From the human T2T-CHM13v2.0 reference genome, Homo sapiens: a DNA stretch of 64,000 nt. The notes beneath the pieces are model-generated. The model made no database searches and was not told where the DNA came from. It saw only the letters and a list, made by a program, of their open reading frames with translations. Shown piece by piece: positions 1 through 14,795 of this stretch. Made by a program: the position numbers and the translations under genes. Position 1 is the stretch's first letter; the number at the start of each line of letters is the position of its first letter. The stretch lies in assembly GCF_009914755.1 (NCBI RefSeq), contig NC_060935.1, one strand, 5' to 3'.

Positions 1-1229
1 ATGGTGTGGTCCGGGGGGTCTGGGGGTGTCTCTCTGATATGACAATCCCTGTTATCACCCTATGTGGACCATGTGTCACTGTCCAGGACCTTAGCCCATA
101 TTCGGAGTATCTCTGTAACCAGACTGTCTATGGGACACCTCCATATTCTTAGTGTGTTTAGGGGTTTTGGGAAGAGCTTCCACCTTCCTTGGGACCTGCT
201 GCTCAAGTTCCTTCTGCAGACACACCTCTGGGGCGCAAGACCCCCCACAAGCTCCTTCCCAGCAGCAATGTCTCAGCCATCCATCCTGCAGGGCCTCAGA
301 CCTCTGGTGCTGAGATGGAGACAGTGCCTAAGTTCTGGCACCTGGATTCCTGCCCTCCTTAAACTCAGGCCTGCTCCCTAAGCCCATCCTCATCCCAGGC
401 CTAGCTCAGGGCCCCCAGACATGCTTTAACATGCCCCCTTTCCTACCAAAATAATTGGATCTGAATAAAGTTTGTGTTAGAACTGAGAAGTTTTATCTAA
501 CCTTATAGACGAGCCCCCAGGCCTTTGCACCTGCTGTTCCCTCTGCCTGGAAGGACACTCACTTCCCTTTTCCTAGAGCTCAGGAGCCACCTCCACTGGG
601 AAGCCTTCCCTGCAGCAACACACTCCACACCATCCTTCCTTTTCCTTGCAGAACCTTGGATCACACCTGCTCCGGCTATTCTGATGTCATCTCCATCTCC
701 TGGAGGCAGTTGCTGCATGAGAACAAAGGCAGGGCCCAGACGAGGTCTGGAGGGATAAGCGGCAGGGATCTGGGCACTGAGCTGAGGCACTGGGCAGGCA
801 GAGCCATTGCCCTCGCCCCTACCATGAACCCCTACAGAGATGCTGCTAGAACCTTGCTTTCTAAGGGGTAGGAGGGTCTGGCTGCCTCTGCCTCTACTCA
901 CCCCATAGACACACAGGCCTTCTCTCCATCCAGGGAGAACATAGCTGCCAAGAGCAGTCCTGCCCCCACACCAGGCTCCCCAGCAGTGAGGAGCTGGGCT
1001 GGGCTGTCCTCACCCGCCCTCTTGGCCTCACCCTGGCCCTTCCCTGGCCCTGCCTCGGGATGCCAGGACCCATAGCAGGTGCCTGGACAGGCTTGGGGAT
1101 GGAAAGGGGGCTGGGCACAGAAGGCCAGCTTCTGGCCAAGAACAGAACTCATAGAGAAACAAGTTCCAGAATCCTCTTCATCCTCCTTTTCCCCACCCAC
1201 TCTTTAGTTTTGTTAATAAATACAGCTAC

Positions 1230-1800
1230 CATATACTAAGCACTTATTGTCTTCCTTTGCACAGTATTTGACACTGTATGTGCATTGTCTGTTTAATCCT
1301 AAATCAATCCTGAAACGTAGATATTACCATCCTCATCTTTCTGATGAGGCAATAGAAATTCAGAGAGGCTATATCCCTTGTCCAAGGTCACCTGACTGGT
1401 TAGTGGCAGAGCCAAGATTCACACCCCACATCTTTCCATGCCCTTGTCCTCCAGTGCTGACCTCAGGTGCTGCTCTCCTCACCCTAGGTGGTGACTCTGT
1501 TATACCTCTGCCTCCCACATTAGCGTGGGAGCTGTGGGATAGCAAGGACTGTCCTGTCCTCTCAGTGAAGGAATTCCCAATGAAGGAATGAAAGAATGCT
1601 TGCGGAATATTAACTTGACTGTTAGAGGGCACAGCAGGGTAGTTACACACATGGGCTCAGGAGCCCAAGTGCTGGGGTTCAAATCTCAGCTCTTACTTGC
1701 TCTGTGACCTTAGGACACTAATATTTCTGTCTCAGTTTCCTCATCTATAAAATGGGCATGATAATAATATGCTGGTGTTGAGGAGACTGACTTAGGAAAA
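1230..1800. mobile_element. MIR fragments; further MIRs at about 3920-4060, 6640-6760, 12100-12200, 35230-35360, 46770-46970, 50510-50680, 56315-56560 and 60590-60800
   Basis: MIR core motifs (TGTGACCTT...CTCAGTTTCCTCATCTATAAAATGGG; CCAAGGTCAC...GTGGCAGAGCC). Confidence 0.65.
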
Positions 1801-3242
1801 GTTCCTGTCCTATAGTAAGTAGTGCATGTGTTAGATATGACTCTTAGTATCTCCCACTAGATTAAAATGGGCCCACTCTCTGCTTGTATCCCCCGCACTT
1901 AGCACACAGCTTGCCTGTAGTAGGTCCTTCCCTTCCTCATCTATAAAATATGACTAAAAATATCCATCTGGCAAGATTAAGGGGATGTATGTAAAGTGCC
2001 TGGCACAGAGCAGAAGTTGGCATCAGTAGTAGCACCATTTGGGGGTGGGCTGTTGGTAGGATAATGGGGTGGGGGTAGAACCAGGTTGGGCTCTCCTGAA
2101 TGTCTATTTTGGGATCCTGAGGCACAGTCTGCACCCAATGTCCTCCTCTTGCCCATGTACCATTCGGGCCCTGGTACAGAGGACACACAAAGCCTCACTC
2201 AGACGGCGGCCTCTCCACCACGTGGAGAAACCCCCATGCCAGTGGGTACCCTGGGACTAAAGTGCCTGATCTTCACCTCTTCTAGATCTTCCCCCACGGG
2301 ACTGGCAGCTTAGTGCTTTGAGAATGGAGCCAGATGGACAGGGAGGCACCCGGGAGATCATCCCAAGCCAAACTTATTTAGGAGCAGAATCCTGTCTTCA
2401 GATAAATTCTTAGGTGAAACCCTGATACATAAAGCAGACAGAGGGGCCATTTTATTGCCATAAATTCATTTATAAGTTCACATGGATTACTGTTATTTCT
2501 TATAAAGTATGCTCTACTCACCAGCTACAAAAGAGCCTGGCACATAGTAGGCACTCATGAAAGAATTGTTGAATGAATGGTCAACTGGTGGAAGAAAAAA
2601 TGAGGCTATTTTGATTAATGCAAATCTGTGAAATAAGGGGATACGTATGTATGATGGTTGAAGGATACTTCTGGCCCAAAATTCTGATCCAACATTTGTG
2701 GAATCCCTATAGCACTTCTGAATGGCCCAGGACTCCAGAGAACACAGTTTGAAATGACAAGTTTTCCTTTTGGTGGATGAGGACACTGAGGCCAGAGGGT
2801 CAGAGGCAGAGCCGGGCTAGAAGCCAGGCCTCCCAGTTCCCTCTCCAAGGCCTCAGGCCCTCCTCAGCCCCTCCATACATTGCATTCTAGGGCTCTGGGG
2901 TGGGGTTCTTCCTGTCCCTTTCACCCTGGCTGGGACGGCCTGTGTGCCAGGGGCTGCCATCCCACTCAGGCATTTCCCACCAGCCTCTGCCCCAAATCTA
3001 AGCCAGGCAGGAGCCAGGTTCCTCCCACTGACTCCAGGATGGGCTCTGTTCCTAATATCTGTCATCCAGGCAAGGAAGGCCCATGGCCCAAGATCCCTCT
3101 TGGAACCATGGGGCCCCAAGTGGCAGGTATCCCCAGTGAGTGACAGATTAGTAGAACCTACTTGGTAGGTGAGGAGCAGGGGGAATGAGCACAGCCACTG
3201 AGGGTCTGCCCAGGGGGAACACCAAGGAACACCCTAGAACAT

Positions 3243-3500
3243 GGGCCCCACAGCAGTTGGGGGCATTTATGGGCCTTCCTATAAACTTCTGAGAGGGTAA
3301 CTTTATCCTGCTTCTTTCAGCCAAGTATCCTCCTCCAGCAGCTGGTCACAAAGCTGGTTAATCTCCCAGAGTGCTCAGCTTAAAACCCGTGACTCACAGC
3401 ACAGCCAGTGTGGGGGAGGGGGTGGCTGCCTCCAATACGTGGCGCCCAGAGTCAGCTGTTCTGGGGCCTTCTCTGGTTTCTCCAACTGAGTCCTGAGGTT
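3243..3500. promoter_or_regulatory. MYOD1 core enhancer (CE, about -20 kb)
   Basis: Lies ~20.0 kb upstream of the TSS. Four E-boxes (CAGTTG 3254, CAGCTG 3339, CAGCTG 3453, CAACTG 3483), AP-1 TGACTCA 3390-3396, bicoid/PITX-type TAATCT 3359-3364, non-canonical E-box CAGCTT 3376-3381, MEF3/SIX-like TCTGGTTTC 3472-3480. Matches my recollection of the ~258-bp human core enhancer. Confidence 0.9.
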
Positions 3501-4606
3501 TGGGGCCTTGTCTTCCTTCCTGGAGTCCTGCTTCTCACTGACCCCTACATACAAGCCATGAGAGGTCAGGGACCTGAGAGGAGGGCCAGTTCCAGGCCTT
3601 GGCTTTGGCCAAGCCCTCAGGCTATCCCAGAAATGACCAGAAGGCCTTGGCCTTCCAGAGAAGGGGAAGGTTTCAAGTGTAACTCTGGGAGGGGTTGGTC
3701 CTGAAATTGGGGTCCCTGCCTCACCTGCCCAGACCTGGAAAAATTCCCTTCAGCCATGACCCTCTCATGGCGGATCTTCATTCCCTGTCAGCATGTGACA
3801 TGAAACCTGTGTATGGTGGCTGAAGTGAGCTAGCAAAAAGTAACACAAATGACAGGGGACCTCTGACTTGAGATCAGCAGAATAAACACAAGTCGAGTCA
3901 GGTAGAAAAGGTGGAGTAGTGTTTTGGCCTTGGAGAGACATGGGTTCAAGTCCCAACTCTGCCACCTACTAGCTGAATAGCTTCCCTGAGCCTCTGTTTC
4001 CTCCTCTGTAAAACTGGGATAGTAATAGCATTACCTTGGCGAGCTAATGTGAGAATCAAAACCTATTTTCCTGCTTAGTAGGTGGGAGCTATTAATATTA
4101 TTGTTGTTATCGTCATCATCATACTGCTCAAAAAGCAGGAGAATCCATTTTCATTTGTCAGGGGACTTATGTTTGTATAGCGGGAGGGAAGCTAATGGTC
4201 TGAAAGGATTTCAGTGACACCTCTCACTTGGCAGGAAATCTATTCTGATGAATATGACTCTGTAAATGATAAGGGAGTATCTGCCAGCCAGTGGCATCGT
4301 GCTTGTTATGGTTGAAGACCTAACCCAAGAAACAGCTATAGCAGATACACGACGGAGGCTCCCACTGGTACCTCTACTGAGCAAAGCACAAATCGTGTGC
4401 TAACCCTTGCTCCTGTGATGCCAGTGATTCTCAATACCTTCTACTCCATCTGAAAAGTCCCATACTCATCCAAAGATTCCTGTGTGTAAGGAGGAATGAA
4501 CCACTTTATAAGTTCCTGTTATGGGCCAGACACTATATTAAACACAAATATTTGACCATATCTAACCCTTACAACATCCCTTGGAGTGGGTATACTATTA
4601 TCTACA

Positions 4607-5100
4607 TGTGGTGGACCAATTATATTAATGAATCTAGTTCTTCACTCCTCCTCGTATTCATACCCTTTGCCTTATGATTTTGCAACTCTTCATATCAGGA
4701 GGCATATTGTGTATTTCTCCATGTCTCAGTTCTGAGTTCAGCCATGTAACTTGTTTTGACCCATGAGATATTAACATATATGAATCAGGCAGAGGTTTGG
4801 GAAATGTGCTTATGTTTCTGCTTGCACTTTTGCACCACTACCATTACCATGAAAACACGCCTAGGCTAGCCTGCTAGAGGTGAGGCCTGTGGAGCGCAGC
4901 TGAGTCGCCCAGTTCCCCAGCCAAGACCAGCCTGAGCCAGTAAAGTACAGCATGTGAGTGAGCCCAGCAGAGCCTAGGAAAACAGCCCAATCTAAATAGC
5001 CAACTGCAGACTCAGAAACTAAAGGCTTATTGTTTGAAGCCACTGGATTTTGGAGAGCGGCTTATTACACATAATTATCACGGTAATAGATAACAGATAC
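4607..5100 (+). mobile_element. MLT1-family MaLR LTR
   Basis: TG...CAGCCATGTAACTTGTTTTGACC...TGTTTGAAGCCACTGGATTTTGG...AATAGATAACAGATAC. Confidence 0.65.
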
Positions 5101-5119
5101 GTGCCATTAGAAAAAAAGA

Positions 5120-5535
5120 CTTTATTTTTCAGAGCAGTCTCAGGTTCACAGTAAAATTGAGCAGAGCGCAGAGAGTTCCTATATACCCCTGCACCTACAC
5201 ATGCACAGCCTCCCCCACTGTCAACATCCTGCACCAGAGGACATTTGTTATAATCAACAAACCAACACTGATGAAACTACATATCATCATCACCCAGAGT
5301 ACACAATTTACATTAGCGTTTACTCTTTGTGATGTACATTCTATGGGCTTTGACAAAGCGATAATGACATGTATCCACCATTACAGTATCATACAAAATA
5401 GTTTTGCTGCCCTAAAAATTATCTGCACTCTGCTTATTCAACCCTCCATCCCCTCAACCCCTAGTTAACCACTGATCTTTTTACTGTCTCCATAGTTTGG
5501 CCTTTTCCAGAATGTCCTATAGTTGGACTCATGCA
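5120..5535 (-). mobile_element. L1MC-like 3' end fragment
   Basis: AGGTTCACAGTAAAATTGAGCAGA...ACCACTGATCTTTTTACTGTCTCCATAGTTTGGCCTTTTCCAGAATGTC. Confidence 0.8.
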
Positions 5536-5761
5536 GCACGTGGCCTTCATCTTCATTTAGGACAAAAGAGAGGGAGATGGAAGGAGGGGCAGCGGGGCAA
5601 ACCCTTTCACCTCTTCCTCTCTTCCTTGGGCACGGGCTATAAAATCACGGCAGCTATAAGTATTGTAGAAGCTTGTGTGTGTGAGATCCGGGCTTAACTA
5701 TTGGGAATTCACAGGGGCTGATGGGTGTTAAACATCTCCAACATTCAGTAGGCAGGTCTGA

Positions 5762-6197
<436 letters not shown>

Positions 6198-6296
6198 GTA
6201 GCTGCTGACTGAGTACTCACTATGTTCCTAGCTCTGTGCTTTGGATACACTTTTCCTGCATTCTCCTACTTCATAACCACAACAGCACTTTTTAAA

Positions 6297-6614
6297 TTTA
6301 TTTTACTTTATTTTATTTTATTTTATTTTTTGACACAGGGACTTGCTCTGTCACCCAGGCTGGAGGGCAGTGGCATGATCATAGCTCACTGCAGCCTCGA
6401 CCTCCTGAGCTGAAGTGATCCTCCCACCTCTCAGCCTCCCAAGTGGGACTACAGGCACATGCCCCCATGGCCAGCTAATTTTTTTGTACTTTTTGTAGAG
6501 GCGGGGTTTCACCACGTTATGCAGGCTGGTCTCGAACTCCTGGGCTCAAGAGATCTACTCACCTCGGCCTACCGAAGTACTGGGATTACAAGCATAAGCC
6601 ACCACGCCTGGTCA
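6297..6614 (-). mobile_element. Alu (AluJ-like) with 19-bp TSD
   Basis: Reverse Alu body; TSD CACAACAGCACTTTTTAAA at 6278-6296 and 6615-6633. Confidence 0.9.
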
Positions 6615-7079
6615 CACAACAGCACTTTTTAAAACGTAAATTAATATTTCCACCTTTCATATGTGGAAATGGAGGCTCAGAGAGATTGAGGGACTTGTCA
6701 AAGTCACACGGTCAGTGGCAGAGTCATGAGTACACCCTAGGCAGTGTGACACCACAGCCCACTTGACTCCCACCACTTCCCTGCAAGGGGCACTCACTTC
6801 TCATCTTCCCTAAAGATTACCCCAGAACCTCTACTTCCTCCTCAGAGACATGACATCTGTATCCCTGGGAGACAGCCCCCCAACCTCTTGGCCTTATCTG
6901 CAAAATGAGAAGAGCATTTCTTATTTACCTAGCAGCAGTCAGCTTAGTATAGCAAATATTTCTTGCCTCCTTTTTTGTGTTCACATAATTTCCTGGGCAT
7001 ATCCCAGCCACCTCACCACATACAATATACATCTTACTGCCTAGGGCCCATGTCATTGCCAGACCCATAGCAGGTAGGC

Positions 7080-8333
7080 ATATCAGTAGGATACAGATTA
7101 GACGGCTGTGATTACAAAAAGACCTAAAAATTTCAGTTTATTCTTTGCTTACATAAAATTCCACGTAGGTGGTTAAAGACTTATGTGGCAGCTTAATAAT
7201 ACTGGACACCCAGATTCTCTTTCTTTCTCATTGCTCTGCAGATCTTCAATCTGCAACTTCCATCACATGATCTAAGGTGGTATATTAGTTTCCCATTGCT
7301 GCTCAAACAAATTGCTACAAACTTAACGGCTTGAAGCAATTCAGACTTATCATCTTACAATTCCAGAGGTCAGAAGTCTGAATTGATCCTCAGAGGGCTA
7401 AGATCAAGGTTGGCAGAGCAGTGCTCCTTCTGAAGGCTCTAGAGGATAATTCATTCCCTGCCTTTTCTGGCTTCTAGAAGCTACCTGCATTCCTTGGCTC
7501 ATGGCCACATCACTCCAACCTCTGCTTCCATAGCTACATTTTCCTCTCTGACTCTGACTTACCTGCCTCCTTCTTTCCCTTATAAGGACTCCTGTGAATA
7601 CATTGGACCCACCTCAGGAATCCAGGATAATCTTCCCATCCACATCTGCAAAGTCCTTTTTGCCTTGTAACGTAATGTTTTCACAGGTTCTAGGGATTAG
7701 GATGTGCACATTTTGAGGAAGAGCCATTCTTCTGTCTACCAGATGGCCACTCCAGCTCCTGCCAATCACCCACATACCAACCAATGGGGAGAGGGAAAGA
7801 AGGCCAGCTCCTTCCCCTCAAAAGTCATAACTAAGAAGTTGCACACAAATTACTCCCACTCATACCCCATTGGCTACAACTTAGTCACATGGTCACAGCT
7901 AGCTGCAAGGGCATCTGGGAAATGTAGTCTTCTGCTAGATGGCCGTGTGTTATGGACTAAATTGTGTCCTCACCTGGAAATTCATAGGTTGAAGCCGTAA
8001 TCCCCAATGTGAGTGTATCTGGAGATAGGGCCTTTAAGGAGGTCATTAAAGTTAATTAAAATCATAAAAGTGGGGCCCTAATCCAATATGACAGGTGTCC
8101 TAACAAGAACAGAGACACCAGGGATGTGCATGCACAGAGAAAAGGTCATGTGAGTACACAGTGAGAAGGTGGCTGTCTGCAAGCCATGGAGAGAGGCCTC
8201 AGGAGAAATAACCTTGCTAGCACCTTGACCTTGGTCTTCCAGACTCCAGAACTGTGAGAAAATATATTTCTAGATTGAAGCCACCCAGTCTGTAGTATTT
8301 TGTTATGGGCTGCCCAAGCTGACTGATATACCA
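7080..8333. mobile_element. Nested MLT1 MaLR LTRs (about 7281-7735 minus, about 7947-8333 plus, inside an older MLT1)
   Basis: TATTAGTTTCCCATTGCTGCT...ACAAACTT; TGTTATGGACTAAATTGTGTCC...CAGACTCCAGAACTGTGAGAAAATA...TTTGTTATGG. Confidence 0.7.
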
Positions 8334-8689
8334 TGTTTCCAAGTAAACATTATATCATTATGTTAAAAAAGTGAGGTATGGATATTGGAGGACAACTGGC
8401 TGTCTCTGTTGTGTCTCTAGCCAAACAAATGAATGAGTGATGCACGCTATATGTGGAGAAATCATAGCCTAGGATGCAGGACTGACCAGAAAATAGTGTC
8501 AATCTAATACGGAAAATGTCATGTTAGAAGCAATAATAATAGCAACAATTATGGAGCCACTTACTGTTTTTGCTGTTTTACATTCTTTACTTATGTTTAT
8601 ATATTTCATTCATATAATACATCCTTACAGATGAGGAAACTGAGACATGAGGACAGAGAGAGGGCACTGAGTCAGACTGGAAGCCAGAG

Positions 8690-9720
8690 ATCTGGGGCCA
8701 GGCTATTAGAAAAGCTTCCTTATTGAGACATTCTGAACTGAATCTTCAAGGACAAGTGACAGGGTGGGCCATGAAAGGAGAGGGGAAATTCCTGGAAGAA
8801 GGAAATGGCAAGAGCAGAATTTTGGCCACATAAGTCATCCTGTTGGAGGAACCCATATTACTTCCCAGGGAACACTGAGCCATGTGGCCAGAAGATAAGT
8901 AGAAATGCATTCTGAAAGGCCTTGAATGCTATGCCAGGGCACTAGGACTTTATTCTGGAGGCAATGGGGAGCTCTGAAAGGGTTGTGCAAGGGGGACACT
9001 GCTAGATTTCTATTATAGAGTCATCAGTCCAGGGGCAGTGTTGGGACCAACTTAAAGGAGACTAAGAGTCAAGGCAGAGACACCAGCTATGAGGTTGCTA
9101 CAATAGTGGAGATGAAGGCTGTCAGGGGCCACCCTACAACAGGGTAATTGGAGCAGAGAGATGAAGATGACTTCAAGAGATATTTAAGAGATGAAATCAG
9201 TAAGACTTAGTGGCCGATTAAATGAAGGTACAAGGGAGAAGAGGTGGGAGATGATGGCTAGGTCCTTACATTGGGTGACAAAGGAGGTAGTGGTGCTATT
9301 GAATGAGACAGAAAAATTTCCTGAGGACAGGCTGGATTCCAGGGGAAGGTAGTGAGCACATTTGGGGACATGATGAATTAGGGGAGCTTGTGAGATATTC
9401 AGGTGGAGATGTGAAATAGACAGTTGGATACATGAGTCTGAGGCTCGCAGGTGAGGGTTTGCTAGGGAAATGGATGTGGATGAATTTGTCTGTGTTCAGG
9501 TGGTGGGTATGTCTTGGAAATGAATAATGACTCCACAGAGAGTGAAGAAAGTATGGCCAAAGGTCAGAACCTGGAGGGAGCATCATCACTTCAGTGGCAG
9601 ATGGAACAAGAGAAGACTGGGAAGTAGGTTTTAAAAGAATGGTCAGTGGTCAGAGCAGAACCAGAGAGGATGTTGTCTTGGAAACCAAGGGAATAGAACA
9701 TTTTGAGCAAGAGGACATAG
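8690..9720 (-). mobile_element. L2 fragment
   Basis: Purine-rich antisense L2 text (GGACTTTATTCTGGAGGCAATGGGGAGC, GGAGATGTGAAATAGACAGTTGGATA). Confidence 0.6.
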
Positions 9721-9899
9721 TCGTTGGTGACTTTAAAGGGCGTCCTATAAGGCAAGGACAGAGAAATGTCCCCTCAGCAATAATAAGGTTGTTGGTGGCT
9801 GTTTTGGTGAATAGGTGTCTCACCCACTTTCCTGTCTTTGGGAGTGAATGTGAAAGCAGGAGAAGAGGAGGAGGAGCCAGCGAATGAAGACACTCTAGA

Positions 9900-10980
<1,081 letters not shown>

Positions 10981-13900
10981 AACAGTGGGAAAGCTTTGGC
11001 TTGGAATGGAAGAAAAGGCAGGGAAAGGCCTGAAAGGATGGAGAGCAGCAAGGCCCCAAGACCAGATGTTTCTTTCTCCCCATGTTCTCCCCACCTCCCT
11101 GGCTCTCCCAAGTTCCTGGGACAAGCCCACTCTGAGCTCCCATCCCATGATAGCTAAGTAGGAACAGAGACCCAAGACCCCTGAGTCAAATGGGCCAGAG
11201 GTCAGAGGTCAGGGCAGAAACAGCCACCACTTGATCACGGAGAAACCAAATCAGCGCCAGCTCCTGGGGTCCTGTGTCTGCCTTTGTCCACCATTGGTGG
11301 GGATGTCCCTGCTTCAAAGGCATGAGGTGGTGGAAGTTCATCCTTGTTCCTTCAGAGATTCCTGGGCATAAAGGGGCCTGAAGAAGCCCATTCCCTGTTT
11401 CCAAGATCTGGGATTCAGAGTTAACCAGATATGTAGAAGCAAGAGATAAGCATTTCTGTCCCAGAACCTCCATATCTAAGCATATGTGAACCCTGGGCAA
11501 GTGGCTTACCCTCTCTGGGCCTCAGGTTCCAACACCATGCAACGAGGATAAATGCCACTGGTGTTGGGGCAGGGTGGGGACACTAGCTGCTGAAATGTGA
11601 ACTCTGCTGGACCTCAGCCTTCTCTGGGGATGCCTTAGCAAAGAACTGCCTCCTTGGGCCTCCCCCAGCCCCTGGCCCTGGCCCTGCCTGCAACAGCCTG
11701 TCTGCATCTGTCATCGGCCTGCTCTGCTCCCCTCTGGCCAGGCTTTGTTTGGGAGTGGCTGGCAGGCTAGCCCGTGTGCATGGTGGAGGCAGTGATTCCT
11801 GCTGCTGCAGGCAACACTTCACAGGCTGCATCATCACCCACGCTTCCAGCCACCCCTAACCCCACCATGACCCCCAGTTCCAAGAGGTCCAGAGTCCAGA
11901 ATAACTAGGCCAGGCTCCCAACTTCCTCATCCCCACCCCACCCACTGCTTGCCTATGGCTTCCATCCAAAGAGAGATCAAGCAAAGCAAGAATAATTCCC
12001 AAGCTCCTACTGTGCACCCTGAGACAGGCATGATGCAAGCACTGTGTATACCTTGACAACTGAACCCTTACATCCTCCGTAGGTGCTAGAACCAGTCACA
12101 TTTGACAGCTGGGAAAAATGAGACACGGAGAGGGGAAGTGACTTACCCAAGGTAAGTAACGAGCAGACACAGCATTTGAATCCAGGTGTATTAGACTCCT
12201 AAGTCCAGTGGAGACACATGAGGAACATAGCCCCAGCACTGGTGGTCCAGTCTCCATGTTGGGCAAGCTCAGCACCATATTCTCCTAGGCCAAGTTCAGA
12301 TGGACCCAGGCAAGTTGTGCTCCATCTTTGGGAGAAGCAAAAGACTATGATATTCATGGTCCCCCAGTGCTCCTTTGTGGGGACCCCCAAGTTAACTTCT
12401 TTCCAGTCTGGGGAGCAGGCTTCTGATCTCATGCTGGGCCCTCGCCTCACACAGCTTCTGCTTCACCCCAGAGCTGACTGTGTGGTGTTCCAGCCCTATG
12501 TGGGCCATGTGGATGGAGTCAGAGGATGGGCAGCTGCCCTCCTGCCCAGAGAAGGGAGGCCCAAGAGGGAGGTTGAGAAGACACGGAGAAGAAGGGACTC
12601 TGCAAGACCTCCTCATTCCTGAGTGTGTATGGAGTCAGGCATCCAACGCCTCCATCCTACATGTGAAGAAAGTGGGACCCAGGAGGGGACAGAGCTGAGA
12701 GAGGGTCACGCAGCAGGGTGCAGCACAGCGAGGTGAAAACCCTGGTCTTCTGGCTCTGGTCCGGGCTCTCTCCACTGTATGTAGTCTCTGACCTCTTACT
12801 GCAGTCCTCTACCCCTGCCATGACCTGTTGTCTTGCCTGGAAAACTGGTGGCTTCACCTCAGACAGAGCCCACTCACACCTCGGGGTGCCTGAAGCAACA
12901 GGTCTTAAATGATTCAAGCAACCCTGGATCCAGCGTCAGCCACCTGAGGAACATCCCAACACATGTCATGCCTCCGGGCCTTCACCCATGCTGTTCTGTA
13001 AGCCCGGAAAGCCTTTCCCTACAGCAGCCCCCCGACCCACTTTGGGCACTCCTATTCATCCTTCAGTAACCAAGAAGAAGGATAGCAATATTTCCTCCTT
13101 GGGGAACTCTTCTTGGGTGTCCACAAGAGAGTTCATTGTTCCTTCTTGGTGCTCCCCCAGGGTGTTTTGATTATTCATTTATGGATTGCTCTTTCCCCAA
13201 TAGACAGAGCTCTTTGAGGCTGGGGATGCTGTCTGAATCATCCCTAGATCTTACTGCACCTAACCTGGGGCCTGGAAACAGGGTGGGTGTCTGGGGAATG
13301 CTTGAGGGGTTGGGGGAGGTTAGGCCTGTTGAGGCGCATGGGCCATAAATCACCTTCCCAAGCCAGGGGGAAAGCAGCAATCCAGGAGAGCTTCACGGAG
13401 GTGGCAGGACGGGATGTAGGACGGAGGCAAACCATAGACTCGCAGGCGGTGAGGGCATCATTCATGAGACCTCTGCCCTCCGTTCTTCTGCCAGGAAACC
13501 CCTGTCCTGGGTGCTATTGGCCAGGGATAAGCAGATTTTGGAGGGGGGAATCAGGCTTCTTCAAGGCGTTAGGTCTCCACTCAGAGGTATGTGGCTGGGG
13601 CAGCTGCTGGGGGCTGCAGCTGGTGTCTGTCCCAGAGCCCAACGGCTGTGTGTGCCTTAATCCCAGTCCTTGGTGCCCCCCAGGCTGGCAGGTGGACTGA
13701 TGAGGCAGAAAGGAGGCAACAGGAGAGGGGTGGAGAGCCGAGCCCCCTCTCCAGGTCCCCACAGCCGCCCTCTGGATCTTGCTACATGTGCCACCCCATC
13801 ACCAGGTCCTCGTCACCAGCTATCCCCTCAGCCCTGAGCTGCTCCTCCCTCAGCCCTTAGAGGGAGGTCTGACCTCCTTGAGGTAGGAAGATTCAGCTTA

Positions 13901-14049
13901 AAAAGTTCAAACTGGAAAACACAAAGAAGAGATGGATGTCACGGCATCTGTGCCCCTTAGCGTCTTCTTTCTGAATGGGGCTGGGGATGTTTAGGCACAT
14001 AGGTGGAGACAAGCATTCACACTGGGACTGAGGTGTGGACGTACCTAAC

Positions 14050-14795
14050 TTAGAATATGAGCAGGTGGGACGCATCTGTGGTGTGCACATGGCATGTGAA
14101 GTGTGTGTGTTCTGTAGGTGAGGGGTGCACAGCATGGGAGGTATACGCATGTGTGAGGTGTGCATGGACTATGAAGCATGCACAGTATATGAGGTGTAAT
14201 ATGTGTGATATGCACATGATGTGAGAGAGGAAATATCCCATATGTGGGACATACTGCTGTTGGAGGTTTACATGGCATGTGAGTTTACATAGAGTGTCAA
14301 GTGTATCCGGAGTGTTAGGTGTACATGGCATGTAATGTGTAAACAATGTGAGACTTGTACATAGTATGTGAGGTAACATGGAGTGTGAGGTGTGTGTGTG
14401 TGTGAGGTGTACATGGAGTGGGATATGTACACAATATAAGAGATGTACCCAGTGTGTAACATATTCATGGAGTGTGAGGTAGACATGGCACAAGAGAGAT
14501 ACACACAGTGCTTGAGATATATGTGGTATGTGAGGTGTACAGAGAGGGTGAACTGTACATTATGTGAGAGGTGTGCAGTATGTGAGAGGTGTACAGTATG
14601 TGAAAGGTGTGCAGTATGTGAAAGATGCACATTATGAGAGAGGTAGATGGAGCATAAGGTGTACATTATGTGACAGGCATAGAGGGAACGTGAGCTGTAC
14701 ATTCTGTGAGAGGCACATAGGAATTGTGAGGTGTACACTATGTGAGAGGTATACATTATGTGAAAGATGTACATTATGAGAGAGGCTGCAGGCAG
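14050..14795. repeat. Degenerate TG-rich tandem repeat, including ~18-bp units TATGTGAGAGGTGT(G/A)CAG
   Basis: 18-bp periodicity at ~14560-14630, decaying leftwards into ATGTGAGGTGT-like units. Confidence 0.8.
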
